The position numbers and the translations under genes were made by a program. Under the pieces are notes generated by a model. The model ran no database searches, was not told the origin of the DNA, and was given only the letters and a program-made list of their open reading frames with translations. From NCBI GenBank assembly GCA_016181265.1, contig JACOZP010000008.1, forward strand, positions 132,583 to 196,582: 64,000 nt of DNA, in the 5' to 3' direction. This DNA comes from Candidatus Woesearchaeota archaeon (GTDB taxonomy: Archaea; Nanobdellota; Nanobdellia; Woesearchaeales; GW2011-AR9). Below, piece after piece: positions 49,072 through 58,239 of this stretch; within the stretch, counting starts at the first letter, position 1; each line of letters opens with the position of its first letter.

Positions 49072-51966
49072 ATGAGAAAAAGAGGATTACTTATAGTACT
49101 AGTTATTGTTCTATTAATCTCTCTTACTATTAATATTTCTGCTGCGGATCCTTTAATGTCTATTGAGAAGAAATTAAACGATCAGAAAGTGCTGGCGTTA
49201 GGTAAAATTGTCAACGCAGCTTATTCCGCGGGTTGTGATGCAGGATCAGATGATGACTGTTGGTATGATGGGGATGGGGGGATGAAAGGTGGGGAAAATA
49301 TCGTTGTTGATAACAATCGGGTCGCTATTACTTTAGATGTTGTTACTCCTTCCACCATAATTACAGGTCATGGTGAGTATGAATGTGACAATGTGGGTGA
49401 TGATTTAAATGCATTAGGAAATAAAGGAAATTCTCAAGGTTGTTTTGTAGGCTTAATTGATAAAGATTCAGGGGATTATGACGATGGTGCAGTAGGATAC
49501 GCGGCGAAAGGCACAATCTTGGATCATCAATACAAATCCGTCGCTTTTGCAGGACGTTATACTGCTTGTGATGACGATGATGCAAATGATGCCAAGAAAG
49601 GCCTGGTTGAAGCTCGTTTTAAGACAGGTGGAGTCAACGGCCCAATGTATCTTTGTTCGGGGGATAGTCAATGGCATATCTGTAAAGATGATCGAGGAGA
49701 AGAAAATCCCCCGTATTACGGAACGTATAGTTATGGTGAAGGAAATAGCATCTATAATTGTAGCGCTAATGAACAAGATGTAGTGACTTGGATTAAGCTT
49801 CCAGGTGTCGATAATGATCATGATCTTTACACCGATTTAGCTGGCGATTGTCGTGACGATCCCACCAACGATCCGCAGTTTTGTAAAGTGATCACTACCG
49901 CTGATTGCAGCGGTGAAGTAGGAGCATTGAAATATGCTTCTTGTGCGGTCTGTATCAATCCTAGCCAACCAGAACGAGGAGGGGATGGCATCGATAACAG
50001 CTGTACTACTGGGAAGACTGGTGATAGTGTTCTTACTGTTGATGACAATATGGACTTGCCGTTGTATAAAGAAGTGTGTAATCAAGAATTTGAATTTAGT
50101 CCGGAGAGCAGCGAGCAGAACCGTTGTTGTGGTGATGACGGGATTAGAGATGTTGGCGCAGTGATCAATACACTCTCTGGTGAATACTTGTGTCTCAACG
50201 GTCAAGAGGGGGAAAAAGAATGGAAATGGATTTCTGCTGGTGTGAATAAGTTTACAATTTTTACAGTAAATAAAATTGCAGAAAGGTCCTATGATCTTGT
50301 CTCAAACGGAGAACGTTGGAAAGCGTGTTCTGCGAGTACGGAGGGGAAACTCGAAGCGTCTGCTTTTTTCCCGAATGATGCAGCGCGATTTTATTGCAGT
50401 TCTACTGATGATGAAGCAGTCTGGGCGGATTGTGCGAAAGTATCGGAGAATGGTATAAAGCAAAGAACTGTTGGTCAAGGTGTTTTCGATCTGATGAATT
50501 TTGTTAAAGATAGTTCGATCCATTTCAGCAGCCAAGGCGGATTTACTGCCTACGAGATGATCTATGGAAAGCGTTATCCTTCTTTTGCTGGTTATGATTA
50601 TCTCGATGTCTATTTTCAATTTACGGATGAAACGTTGGAAGAAGGAGTAGGACTCCGTCTGGATGCATGGTCTACTAAGGGGAAGATTGCAACAGAAAAT
50701 GTGATGGGATATGTCATCAATGGAGCTTCGCTAGTTGGTAAGAAAACATATCATGCACAGATTCCCATGCAAGGATGGAGGGATGTTACAATTATTTCTT
50801 TTGTCCCAGTTAAAACTACTTTAGAATTGAAGAATGTCCATCTTTCTAAAAAGGGAAATGATCCCGTCTGTGCGGGAAATCTCTGGCTGGATTCTCTTGA
50901 TGCAGAAGATCTTTCGGTTGAAGAAGGTCAGATGTGCACTGCTTTAGGGTTAGCGTGGCTAGGTGATAAAGTAGAAGATCCTTCACTGCGCTGTTGCGGT
51001 AATACGGCTGGTGAATATGGTGTCGGTGACGAGAAGGGGTGTTGGAATTCACAGAGTGTTGATATTGGTCAGAGGATGACAAATGTTCAATTTGAATTAA
51101 CGTACGGAAAGGGAGAGTGGACGTATGGGACGACTGCCCAAAGTATCTCTGCTGATGTTGTTATCTCTTCTCCAACGGAATCTAAAACTGTTCATTGTTC
51201 ACAAACTGTCGATAGTTCTCAACCAACAAAATTATGTGAAATTGAATTTAGCCTCTCACAATTTAGAGATGCTACTCTCATCAATGTAAATGGTAGCCGA
51301 GCTTATTTTGCTGATCCTCTTCAACCAGAAGCGTATGATGAATCGTCTACTTCTCTAAAATATGATGACCTTCTTTCTATTGGTAAAGAGAAGAGTATTT
51401 TTTATGTGATGGGTGTGGCGGATACTCTTACTCAGGCTTATTCTTTTAATCCTTCGGTTACTGAAACATTGGCTTATTCATGTGATTCTTCGCCTTGCCG
51501 GATCCATCTGAAAGGGGTTCCTCCTTATACGATCCACAATAATTTTCCACAAAAATATGATCTCTACTTCGTGACAGGTGTTGACGGGAAAGAGATTCGT
51601 ACTCTCATTGATAAAGAGAAAACCGTGTATGCTCCCGATGGTTGGTTAGAGGTTGATGCTGTTCCGTTACAGGTGCTTTTTGCGGGAACGGCATTTCTTG
51701 GTTGCGGCGACACTACTTCTTTTGGGGCTGTTTCGCTAGTGTCTGAGAAAGTATGTTTTGCACAGAAAGTGGATACCGATGGGTTCTATTGTGATCCTTT
51801 CGGCAATTGGAAGAACGATGAGCTTCCGATGACGAGCTATGATGCAGAGAATAACATCCAACTAGTCCCTGGAATAGTGCACCAACCAGGAGATCGTAAT
51901 CACACTTCCTCTATCGTCTTTGGTAGGAATCTTTTAGAGAATCCTATGTTAAGTTTAACAAAGTAA
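49072..51966 (+). CDS. Large secreted Cys-rich protein with a MopE-like Asp/Cys repeat
   Basis: Signal peptide; DNDHD...DCRDD...INP...GDGIDNSC; CCGDD and CCGN motifs. Confidence 0.8.
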   Translation: MRKRGLLIVLVIVLLISLTINISAADPLMSIEKKLNDQKVLALGKIVNAAYSAGCDAGSDDDCWYDGDGGMKGGENIVVDNNRVAITLDVVTPSTIITGHGEYECDNVGDDLNALGNKGNSQGCFVGLIDKDSGDYDDGAVGYAAKGTILDHQYKSVAFAGRYTACDDDDANDAKKGLVEARFKTGGVNGPMYLCSGDSQWHICKDDRGEENPPYYGTYSYGEGNSIYNCSANEQDVVTWIKLPGVDNDHDLYTDLAGDCRDDPTNDPQFCKVITTADCSGEVGALKYASCAVCINPSQPERGGDGIDNSCTTGKTGDSVLTVDDNMDLPLYKEVCNQEFEFSPESSEQNRCCGDDGIRDVGAVINTLSGEYLCLNGQEGEKEWKWISAGVNKFTIFTVNKIAERSYDLVSNGERWKACSASTEGKLEASAFFPNDAARFYCSSTDDEAVWADCAKVSENGIKQRTVGQGVFDLMNFVKDSSIHFSSQGGFTAYEMIYGKRYPSFAGYDYLDVYFQFTDETLEEGVGLRLDAWSTKGKIATENVMGYVINGASLVGKKTYHAQIPMQGWRDVTIISFVPVKTTLELKNVHLSKKGNDPVCAGNLWLDSLDAEDLSVEEGQMCTALGLAWLGDKVEDPSLRCCGNTAGEYGVGDEKGCWNSQSVDIGQRMTNVQFELTYGKGEWTYGTTAQSISADVVISSPTESKTVHCSQTVDSSQPTKLCEIEFSLSQFRDATLINVNGSRAYFADPLQPEAYDESSTSLKYDDLLSIGKEKSIFYVMGVADTLTQAYSFNPSVTETLAYSCDSSPCRIHLKGVPPYTIHNNFPQKYDLYFVTGVDGKEIRTLIDKEKTVYAPDGWLEVDAVPLQVLFAGTAFLGCGDTTSFGAVSLVSEKVCFAQKVDTDGFYCDPFGNWKNDELPMTSYDAENNIQLVPGIVHQPGDRNHTSSIVFGRNLLENPMLSLTK

Positions 51967-52046
51967 ATTTGAGTAGAAAATATTTATAAATAATCCTCAA
52001 ATTGGGATACTATTCGGTTTTAGGCGTGTTCTTGGAGGACTATACA

Positions 52047-52433
52047 ATGATACGGAAAGTAATGGTAGGTGCGCTCTTGGGATATAATATTTTAGCCTGC
52101 GGACCAACAACTGAGAATAACTATTATGGTATTACACCCAGTGGCCGGGATGGTTCTTTTTCCTGCGCTGATGCGGGAGAGGTTGAACGTCTTTGTAAGT
52201 TAGACTTAACTGGAAGAGATGATAAATTTGCAGATAATTCCTGGACTGATTGTGTTGCGAAGGGATGTGAATATTACCACTTTAGTCAAGCATGTATTGA
52301 TTGTATGGTTGCCAGCGAATGTGTTGATCAACCTAAAGAATCAGGAATGCCTGAAACTCCTTGGGAATTATGCGCCGCGCAAGGCCAATGTCCTAAACAA
52401 CCTAAAGAATGGGCATTTGATGTTTGTTATTGA
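52047..52433 (+). CDS. Small Cys-rich exported (lipoprotein-like) protein, paralog B
   Basis: SD GGAGGA, ATG 52047, signal peptide ending ILAC, ENNYYGITPSG and CIDC motifs. Confidence 0.7.
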   Translation: MIRKVMVGALLGYNILACGPTTENNYYGITPSGRDGSFSCADAGEVERLCKLDLTGRDDKFADNSWTDCVAKGCEYYHFSQACIDCMVASECVDQPKESGMPETPWELCAAQGQCPKQPKEWAFDVCY

Positions 52434-52590
52434 TAAATTCTTTTTATTTTACTTTTCTCTTTCTCTATCGCTACATTTATATAGTTTTTACTCTTAATTT
52501 CTGTTAGTACCATGAATTGGAAAAAAGAGGTTTTGATTAATGTACTTTCTCGTATTTCTACTTCAACGTTCTCAAAAAAGGTGATAAACA

Positions 52591-52950
52591 ATGAAAATAG
52601 AAGTTAGTATTACAAAAGGAAAGTTTTGGACTCTAACAGCGATGTTAGTCTTTGTTGTTAGTATTTTTGTATTTGCGGCTAAACCAACTCCTGTTGGCCA
52701 TAGTGTTGATGAGGTAGAAGGGCTGAGTGAGCTTCAGAAGAAAGTTAATGATCTTGCTGCAAAGAGTGAATGGCCCGAAGGTTCTTACTGTGTGTGGAAG
52801 AAAGGAGATTGTCCAACTGGGTTTAGTGAGGCAAGTTTACATATTGATGCTGAAGATGATGGGGATTGGAATACGGGTGGTCCTATCGGTGATAGTAAAG
52901 AAGGTGGGAAAGATAATGTTGACATTTATGCGTGTTGCAAAACTTCATGA
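52591..52950 (+). CDS. Small exported protein with an apextrin/ApeC-like motif
   Basis: Hydrophobic N-terminus, GHSVDEV, short coil, then WPEGSYCVWKKGDCPTGF...YACCK. Confidence 0.7.
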   Translation: MKIEVSITKGKFWTLTAMLVFVVSIFVFAAKPTPVGHSVDEVEGLSELQKKVNDLAAKSEWPEGSYCVWKKGDCPTGFSEASLHIDAEDDGDWNTGGPIGDSKEGGKDNVDIYACCKTS

Positions 52951-55304
52951 ACCAAAAACCAATACTCCTCTTTGTACTTTTTCTTTCTAGCATTTCGTTT
53001 GCTGCAGCATTAGAGTGTTCTGTCTCGCAGACTGCTTGTAATCAACCGGGAGAAGCAATTATTTTGTGCCTCTCTGATCAGGCAAACGCACATGCCGAAC
53101 TCCCCCAGAGCATTGGCGGTGTGCAAAGCTGCTCCAATTATCAGTGGAAATTATGTTGTAAAGATATGTTTGTAAGTAATGATTGTAGAGCCGATAATCA
53201 GATTGCTTGGCTCGCAGCTCCGACGAATTCTCACGCAGCGCAGAGCAGTGGTTCAACATATTCTATTCCTGTCTGTGTTAATGGTTTACGTGAAACAACA
53301 TGTTCGACCTCTTCTTTTTCTGGCTCAACGTGTGTTCTTTCATTTTCAAGCAAAACTAATGCACATATCGCAAGTTGTGATGAGTCAAGTTATAAGAATC
53401 GAGTTTATTGCGCGGTAAATTCAGATAATGACAAAGATGGTTATGCGGCGAATATCGATTGTGATGATGATAATAAAAATGTAAATCCTGCAGCGGAAGA
53501 GATCGGCGATGGTTTGGATAATGATTGTGATGGTCTGATCGATGGTGATGATTCTGACTTGCTTCTCCTCCCAAAAGGGTGGTATCAGGTTTCTACGGAA
53601 TTAGATAAAGATCAATTTGGTTCCTATACTGCTGAAGGGGTTGAAGTGAAGACTTTAGAAACAGGCCAGAATGTCTTTACACTCACCGATTCAGGAAGAA
53701 AAGGTCTTCTTTCTAAGAAGATAAAGATTGAGAAAGGGAAAGAGTATGTTGCGAGAGGAGTGTTGTCATGTGAAGGGACAATACAGCTCGTCTTTGATGA
53801 TACTGTTGCGGAGGAGGAAGAAAGCGGCTTTTTGGGGTTTCTGTTGGGAGTTGACCTGGTAAATTCAGCAACAGGAAAAGATTCTCTTTCTGTCGTTGCA
53901 AATTCTGGCGAAGCAGAATACGCAGCGTTGTTTGTCGATGTTAAAGGAGAGAATTGTGAAGTGCGTGATCTACAGATTGATCTGAAAGGAAAAATACAAC
54001 CTGTCGAGTACAATGATGCGGTCCAACCAAGATCTTTACCTATCGAGCCGACGACAACGTTTGCTGCTGCTGCCTGCTGTCCTCAAAATACCTGTTGGAA
54101 TGGTTTTTCTTGTGTTGAGAATATGCGCGACCAGACTTTCTTGTCAGAGATAATCACAGAAAAAACAGTATACCAATGCATTGACGGCAACTGGGTCTTC
54201 CGCGCGAAATTATATGATTGGAACAATGAGGAATTTGGTTCCTGTCCCAATGAAGGGCAGTGTTTCGTCTTGAGTTCGCAGAAAGATGCTTCGCCGGAGG
54301 CGAAGGCTAGTGATTTTTACTCGGGAAAATATCCTTTGTGTGTCAATAATGGGGAGTATATTTTTGATCACTATTGCCATGAGGGAAATTGGGTGACACG
54401 GACGCAGCTTGCTGCGGAGTACTTGCTCAAAGCCGCTCCAAGTACTGATTTCACACTTTACTGTACTAATCCTCGCGATGCGCTAGTGAGTTTGGAGAAC
54501 CAAGATCAATTTGTCTTAGGGGACCCGGTGGGTGTTGTGTCTGGACAAGCGGGTGGTCTGTTGGCGGTGGATAAGCCTCAACCAACACGTATCTGTTTCC
54601 CCGACCTGACGGAATCAGGAAAAATGCTTGTTGATGACGCTGATAATACTTGCATCAATAATGTTTGTCTTTTACAAGATACTGATGGAACTATTGCTTT
54701 TGCCACAACGTTGAACGAGGATGTTAATGATGTTACCGGTTCATTCGTGCAAGCGTTAGGGATTTCACCTGAGAACTTCGCTCAGTCTTGTAGCGGTGAA
54801 GGGGAGTATAAGACTTGCGTCATCAATGGTATAGACGGTGAGATTTATTATTCTCCAACATTAAACGCATTGATCTATAGTAAAGATGGTGTGTCGTTCG
54901 ATCCAGGCATGTTTGAGACGATCATCTCTTTCTTCACAAAATTATTTGGTGGAGCAGTTGATGAGACTACTCTCATCATTCCAGCAAACAAAGCGGTTCC
55001 TTTCATCTATCTCTCTAAAAGTGGAGATAAATCCGCTCAAGCATTTGTGGAAGATAATGGCAGAGATGCAGCGGGGAATCATAATCTTACTCTAGTCGCT
55101 AATTATTCTGGGTTCAAAACCCCAATCTGTCTCTTTGTGAATCATCTGGCGGCTCCCTCGTCTGCTGGTCAGGGGGTGTTAGGTGAATTAGCAGGGCAAA
55201 GTGGTTTTGTCTGTGTTGATAAGGATGAAATACAAGAAATTGTTGCGACAAAAGATGTTGGTTATCTTTGGCCGCAATTAACGGGCAGGTTGAGGGTCGA
55301 ATAG
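52947..55304 (+). CDS. Secreted Cys-rich protein with NAH repeats, a MopE-like repeat and a CBM-like domain
   Basis: ATGA overlap with the upstream gene; signal peptide; DNDKDG...DCDDDNKNVNPAAEEIGDGLDNDCDGLID. Confidence 0.8.
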   Translation: MNQKPILLFVLFLSSISFAAALECSVSQTACNQPGEAIILCLSDQANAHAELPQSIGGVQSCSNYQWKLCCKDMFVSNDCRADNQIAWLAAPTNSHAAQSSGSTYSIPVCVNGLRETTCSTSSFSGSTCVLSFSSKTNAHIASCDESSYKNRVYCAVNSDNDKDGYAANIDCDDDNKNVNPAAEEIGDGLDNDCDGLIDGDDSDLLLLPKGWYQVSTELDKDQFGSYTAEGVEVKTLETGQNVFTLTDSGRKGLLSKKIKIEKGKEYVARGVLSCEGTIQLVFDDTVAEEEESGFLGFLLGVDLVNSATGKDSLSVVANSGEAEYAALFVDVKGENCEVRDLQIDLKGKIQPVEYNDAVQPRSLPIEPTTTFAAAACCPQNTCWNGFSCVENMRDQTFLSEIITEKTVYQCIDGNWVFRAKLYDWNNEEFGSCPNEGQCFVLSSQKDASPEAKASDFYSGKYPLCVNNGEYIFDHYCHEGNWVTRTQLAAEYLLKAAPSTDFTLYCTNPRDALVSLENQDQFVLGDPVGVVSGQAGGLLAVDKPQPTRICFPDLTESGKMLVDDADNTCINNVCLLQDTDGTIAFATTLNEDVNDVTGSFVQALGISPENFAQSCSGEGEYKTCVINGIDGEIYYSPTLNALIYSKDGVSFDPGMFETIISFFTKLFGGAVDETTLIIPANKAVPFIYLSKSGDKSAQAFVEDNGRDAAGNHNLTLVANYSGFKTPICLFVNHLAAPSSAGQGVLGELAGQSGFVCVDKDEIQEIVATKDVGYLWPQLTGRLRVE

Positions 55305-55305
55305 G

Positions 55306-55605
55306 ATGAAGATATTAAAACTGATCATTATCGTCCTGCTTGTTTTGTTTTTCTTCGGGGCTTTTTCTCAATGGAAATATTTTATCAAACCGATCTCCGA
55401 AGAGTGTGGCCAGTTTAATCTTAATCCTGATGTTTCTCATCAGAAGAGTTGTGATTGCAGCGGCTTCTCTTTTTCTGAGATTGCAAAAGGTTCAACTAAC
55501 AACTATTGTTTTGGCACCTGCAAGATGTGTGAATGTTCTAACTACTATCTGGAAAATCAAACCAGAAAGATTGTGGATTGTTCTCAGTTTGGTCAAGACG
55601 ATTAA
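55306..55605 (+). CDS. Small membrane-anchored Cys-rich protein
   Basis: N-terminal TM helix; CDCSG...YCFGTC..CEC. Confidence 0.65.
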   Translation: MKILKLIIIVLLVLFFFGAFSQWKYFIKPISEECGQFNLNPDVSHQKSCDCSGFSFSEIAKGSTNNYCFGTCKMCECSNYYLENQTRKIVDCSQFGQDD

Positions 55606-55651
55606 TCTCCTAACAAACTTTTATAAGGATAAACTCTTTATTCTAAAAGAT

Positions 55652-58144
55652 ATGAACAAAAAGAGGGATGCTTTTCCTATTTTGCATGCTAAAAAAGGTC
55701 AGATTACTATCTTCATCATCCTCGGCTTAGTGATTCTTACTGTTTTTCTCTTTTTGATCTTCATCGTAAACACCAGCCAGCGCGCGAACCTAGAAGCAGA
55801 AAAAGCAGAAGCATTCGACAGTATTTATTCTAAAGAAGGATTATATTTGTATCTGGATACGTGTTTGAAAGACTCGTTGACTGAAGCGGTTGCCTTGATT
55901 CAAAAACAGGGAAGACTTTGGCGAGATATCAATCCTGGTGGCTTTGTTCCGTTTGAAGAGGGTAAAACAGGAGTAACAGTCAATGGGGTTCCCATTGCGT
56001 ACGGGTTAATCTATAATCCTTTTGAACTTTCACCAGAGGCGTACCCTTGTGCTTCCGAAGAAGGAAAACCAACATTTTGTTCATATCACTATCCTGATTC
56101 TACGGTCCGTTTTGGTGAATTAGTGTTGTCGTTGTCAACTGTTGAAGATGATCTTCGTCGCTACCTCAACCAGAAAGTTGTTGATTGTGCAGAGAAACTA
56201 GCTGTTGAAGAGATAGCACCCGATGCAGTTGTAGAGATCTCCAATCCTCAGTTTACTGTTTCGCTGCAGAGCAATGGTATCGCTGTTGATGCCACTATCC
56301 CTTTTTCAATGGTGATTCGGGGAATCCATTATTTTACAACTTCCTCTCTCAAGTTCTTTTATGACACTCCGCTGCGCGAGGTTGTGGAGACTGCAGCTTA
56401 CTTTCCTCTTCAAGCCGATCGGGATCACATCGATTTTTCCTATGATGAAAATACTTTGATTGCGCAAGATTATGTTGTTGGTTCTAAAGAGGAACTGAAG
56501 GGTTCTCTCGGCCAAAGTATGTGTACTTTCAGTGAGGGTAGTGATTCTTCTTATTTCATGTGTACAAAGAAGTTAGTAGTCGGATATTCTTCTTTAGGAT
56601 TAAAAATGAACTTTCAAAATTTAGATAATGGAGATACGCATTATACCTTCATTTCTCCAACAGTACACTATACATTTGCTCGGCAAAATCGTCCACCGGC
56701 TTTAGATTATGTTGCGCGTTATGCTTGTCCGAGAGGAGAATATGATTATCTTGCAATTGCCGGAGATCCTGCGTTAGGCACGATTGATATCACAGTAACT
56801 GCACGAGACCCGGACGAACAATTACCTACGGTGAGTGTTATTGATATTTCCGAAACTCCTCTATCGGCGGACAGCGATCCTCTTACTGAGCGTTTTGTAG
56901 CTTCTAGCCTCAATCCAGGACAATATTTGTTGAAAGCGGCGGCGAAAGACCCTGCGGGATTGGAAGATACGCAGGAGGTACGCGTAGTAGTAGATAATCC
57001 CATCTCTACTTCCATTTCTGTCCATCATATGTATCCTGACCTGATGACTGCAACTTCAGAAGAAATTGTTCTTGTTTCCCCAGAAGATCCCATCACAGTT
57101 GAGATGAACCTTCCTCAGAAATCATTAACCGAGGATCTTGGAGAATTTCGTTTTTCATTCTTGACGGATCAACTAGAAACATTATTTGACTTGATCCCTG
57201 ACCAAGGTTCTCCATTTGCTTTCAACAGCTATTCTTTTGTTTTTCCTTATGGTTTTGAGGGGAAAGATTTGATTAGAGAGATAACAGACACTTCACAATT
57301 TAAATACGCTCCTTTCACCAGCAATGTTAAGCAAGGCACATTTACTTTAAATTATAATATCAATTATTGTGGTTATCATAAACAATCCAGTGAAAGTTCG
57401 GTCCCTGTTATTGTAACTCCCTGTTTACCACATCAAAATTCTGATCACCCCTTTCCTTATCCTTATCAGGATTATGTGGATAAAGATCATGATGGTATTG
57501 CAGATAGGGACACTGATGGGGAACTGGTCCTAGAAAAATTAGAAGATCCGTTCGATGCTAGTCACGCTTGTTGTCTTGGCGACCCCACTGTGCCGGCAGC
57601 TTGGAAAATCGCTTCTTTAGAAGACAATGTTGGCTGTTTTAGAGATATGGTTGATGAGGAGGAGTCACTAGGTTGCTTTGGCGATGTTGATGCTAAAGGG
57701 AGGGGATATCTTTTAGAAAAAAGAATCACTAGAACTACTTTTTGTTCAGGATCAAGGGGAAATGTTTGTGATGGTGAGGAAAAGTTCGAAGCCGAACCTC
57801 AACAAAAATGTGGCATTAAAAGCCAAACAGAATGTTCCCTCGTCGCCCAAGAATGTCAAGGGCTTGCTCCTTATACAAAAGGTGACGGCTTCTGGTGTTC
57901 TGGAGATGTAGGATGTGGAGATACAAAGAGTAATGCTTGTACTTCTGAAATTGTCACAAACGTGAAAGGATTAAGTTTTGATTACGTCCAATCACAACAC
58001 GAGCAGTATAGTTGCGGCTGTACTTCTAAAGAAAAAGATCGAACTTGTCTCAGATTAAGTGATGAGGTTATCGGTACCTGTCGAAGAGGGACTATTCCTG
58101 GCACTTCCATAATTAATCCTCTTTCTTCTTATGCGTGTAGGTAA
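55652..58144 (+). CDS. Large surface protein with a class III (prepilin-like) signal peptide
   Basis: Start ATG 55652; KKG/QITIFIILGLVIL; Ig/cadherin-like NRPP...ARDPD...AKDPAG; Cys-rich C-terminus. Confidence 0.8.
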   Translation: MNKKRDAFPILHAKKGQITIFIILGLVILTVFLFLIFIVNTSQRANLEAEKAEAFDSIYSKEGLYLYLDTCLKDSLTEAVALIQKQGRLWRDINPGGFVPFEEGKTGVTVNGVPIAYGLIYNPFELSPEAYPCASEEGKPTFCSYHYPDSTVRFGELVLSLSTVEDDLRRYLNQKVVDCAEKLAVEEIAPDAVVEISNPQFTVSLQSNGIAVDATIPFSMVIRGIHYFTTSSLKFFYDTPLREVVETAAYFPLQADRDHIDFSYDENTLIAQDYVVGSKEELKGSLGQSMCTFSEGSDSSYFMCTKKLVVGYSSLGLKMNFQNLDNGDTHYTFISPTVHYTFARQNRPPALDYVARYACPRGEYDYLAIAGDPALGTIDITVTARDPDEQLPTVSVIDISETPLSADSDPLTERFVASSLNPGQYLLKAAAKDPAGLEDTQEVRVVVDNPISTSISVHHMYPDLMTATSEEIVLVSPEDPITVEMNLPQKSLTEDLGEFRFSFLTDQLETLFDLIPDQGSPFAFNSYSFVFPYGFEGKDLIREITDTSQFKYAPFTSNVKQGTFTLNYNINYCGYHKQSSESSVPVIVTPCLPHQNSDHPFPYPYQDYVDKDHDGIADRDTDGELVLEKLEDPFDASHACCLGDPTVPAAWKIASLEDNVGCFRDMVDEEESLGCFGDVDAKGRGYLLEKRITRTTFCSGSRGNVCDGEEKFEAEPQQKCGIKSQTECSLVAQECQGLAPYTKGDGFWCSGDVGCGDTKSNACTSEIVTNVKGLSFDYVQSQHEQYSCGCTSKEKDRTCLRLSDEVIGTCRRGTIPGTSIINPLSSYACR

Positions 58145-58239
58145 GATATATCAAAATTTGATCGCTTATTTTAAACATTTTCTAGACGAGAACGTTCACC
58201 AAACATTTATAAACGTTAAAGCATTTATGAAATTGAATC

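Noticed and set aside
55340-55651. 104-aa N-terminal extension of the 934-aa track ORF
   Set aside because: It overlaps the 55306-55605 gene in another frame; the TATA-like box and class III signal point to ATG 55652.
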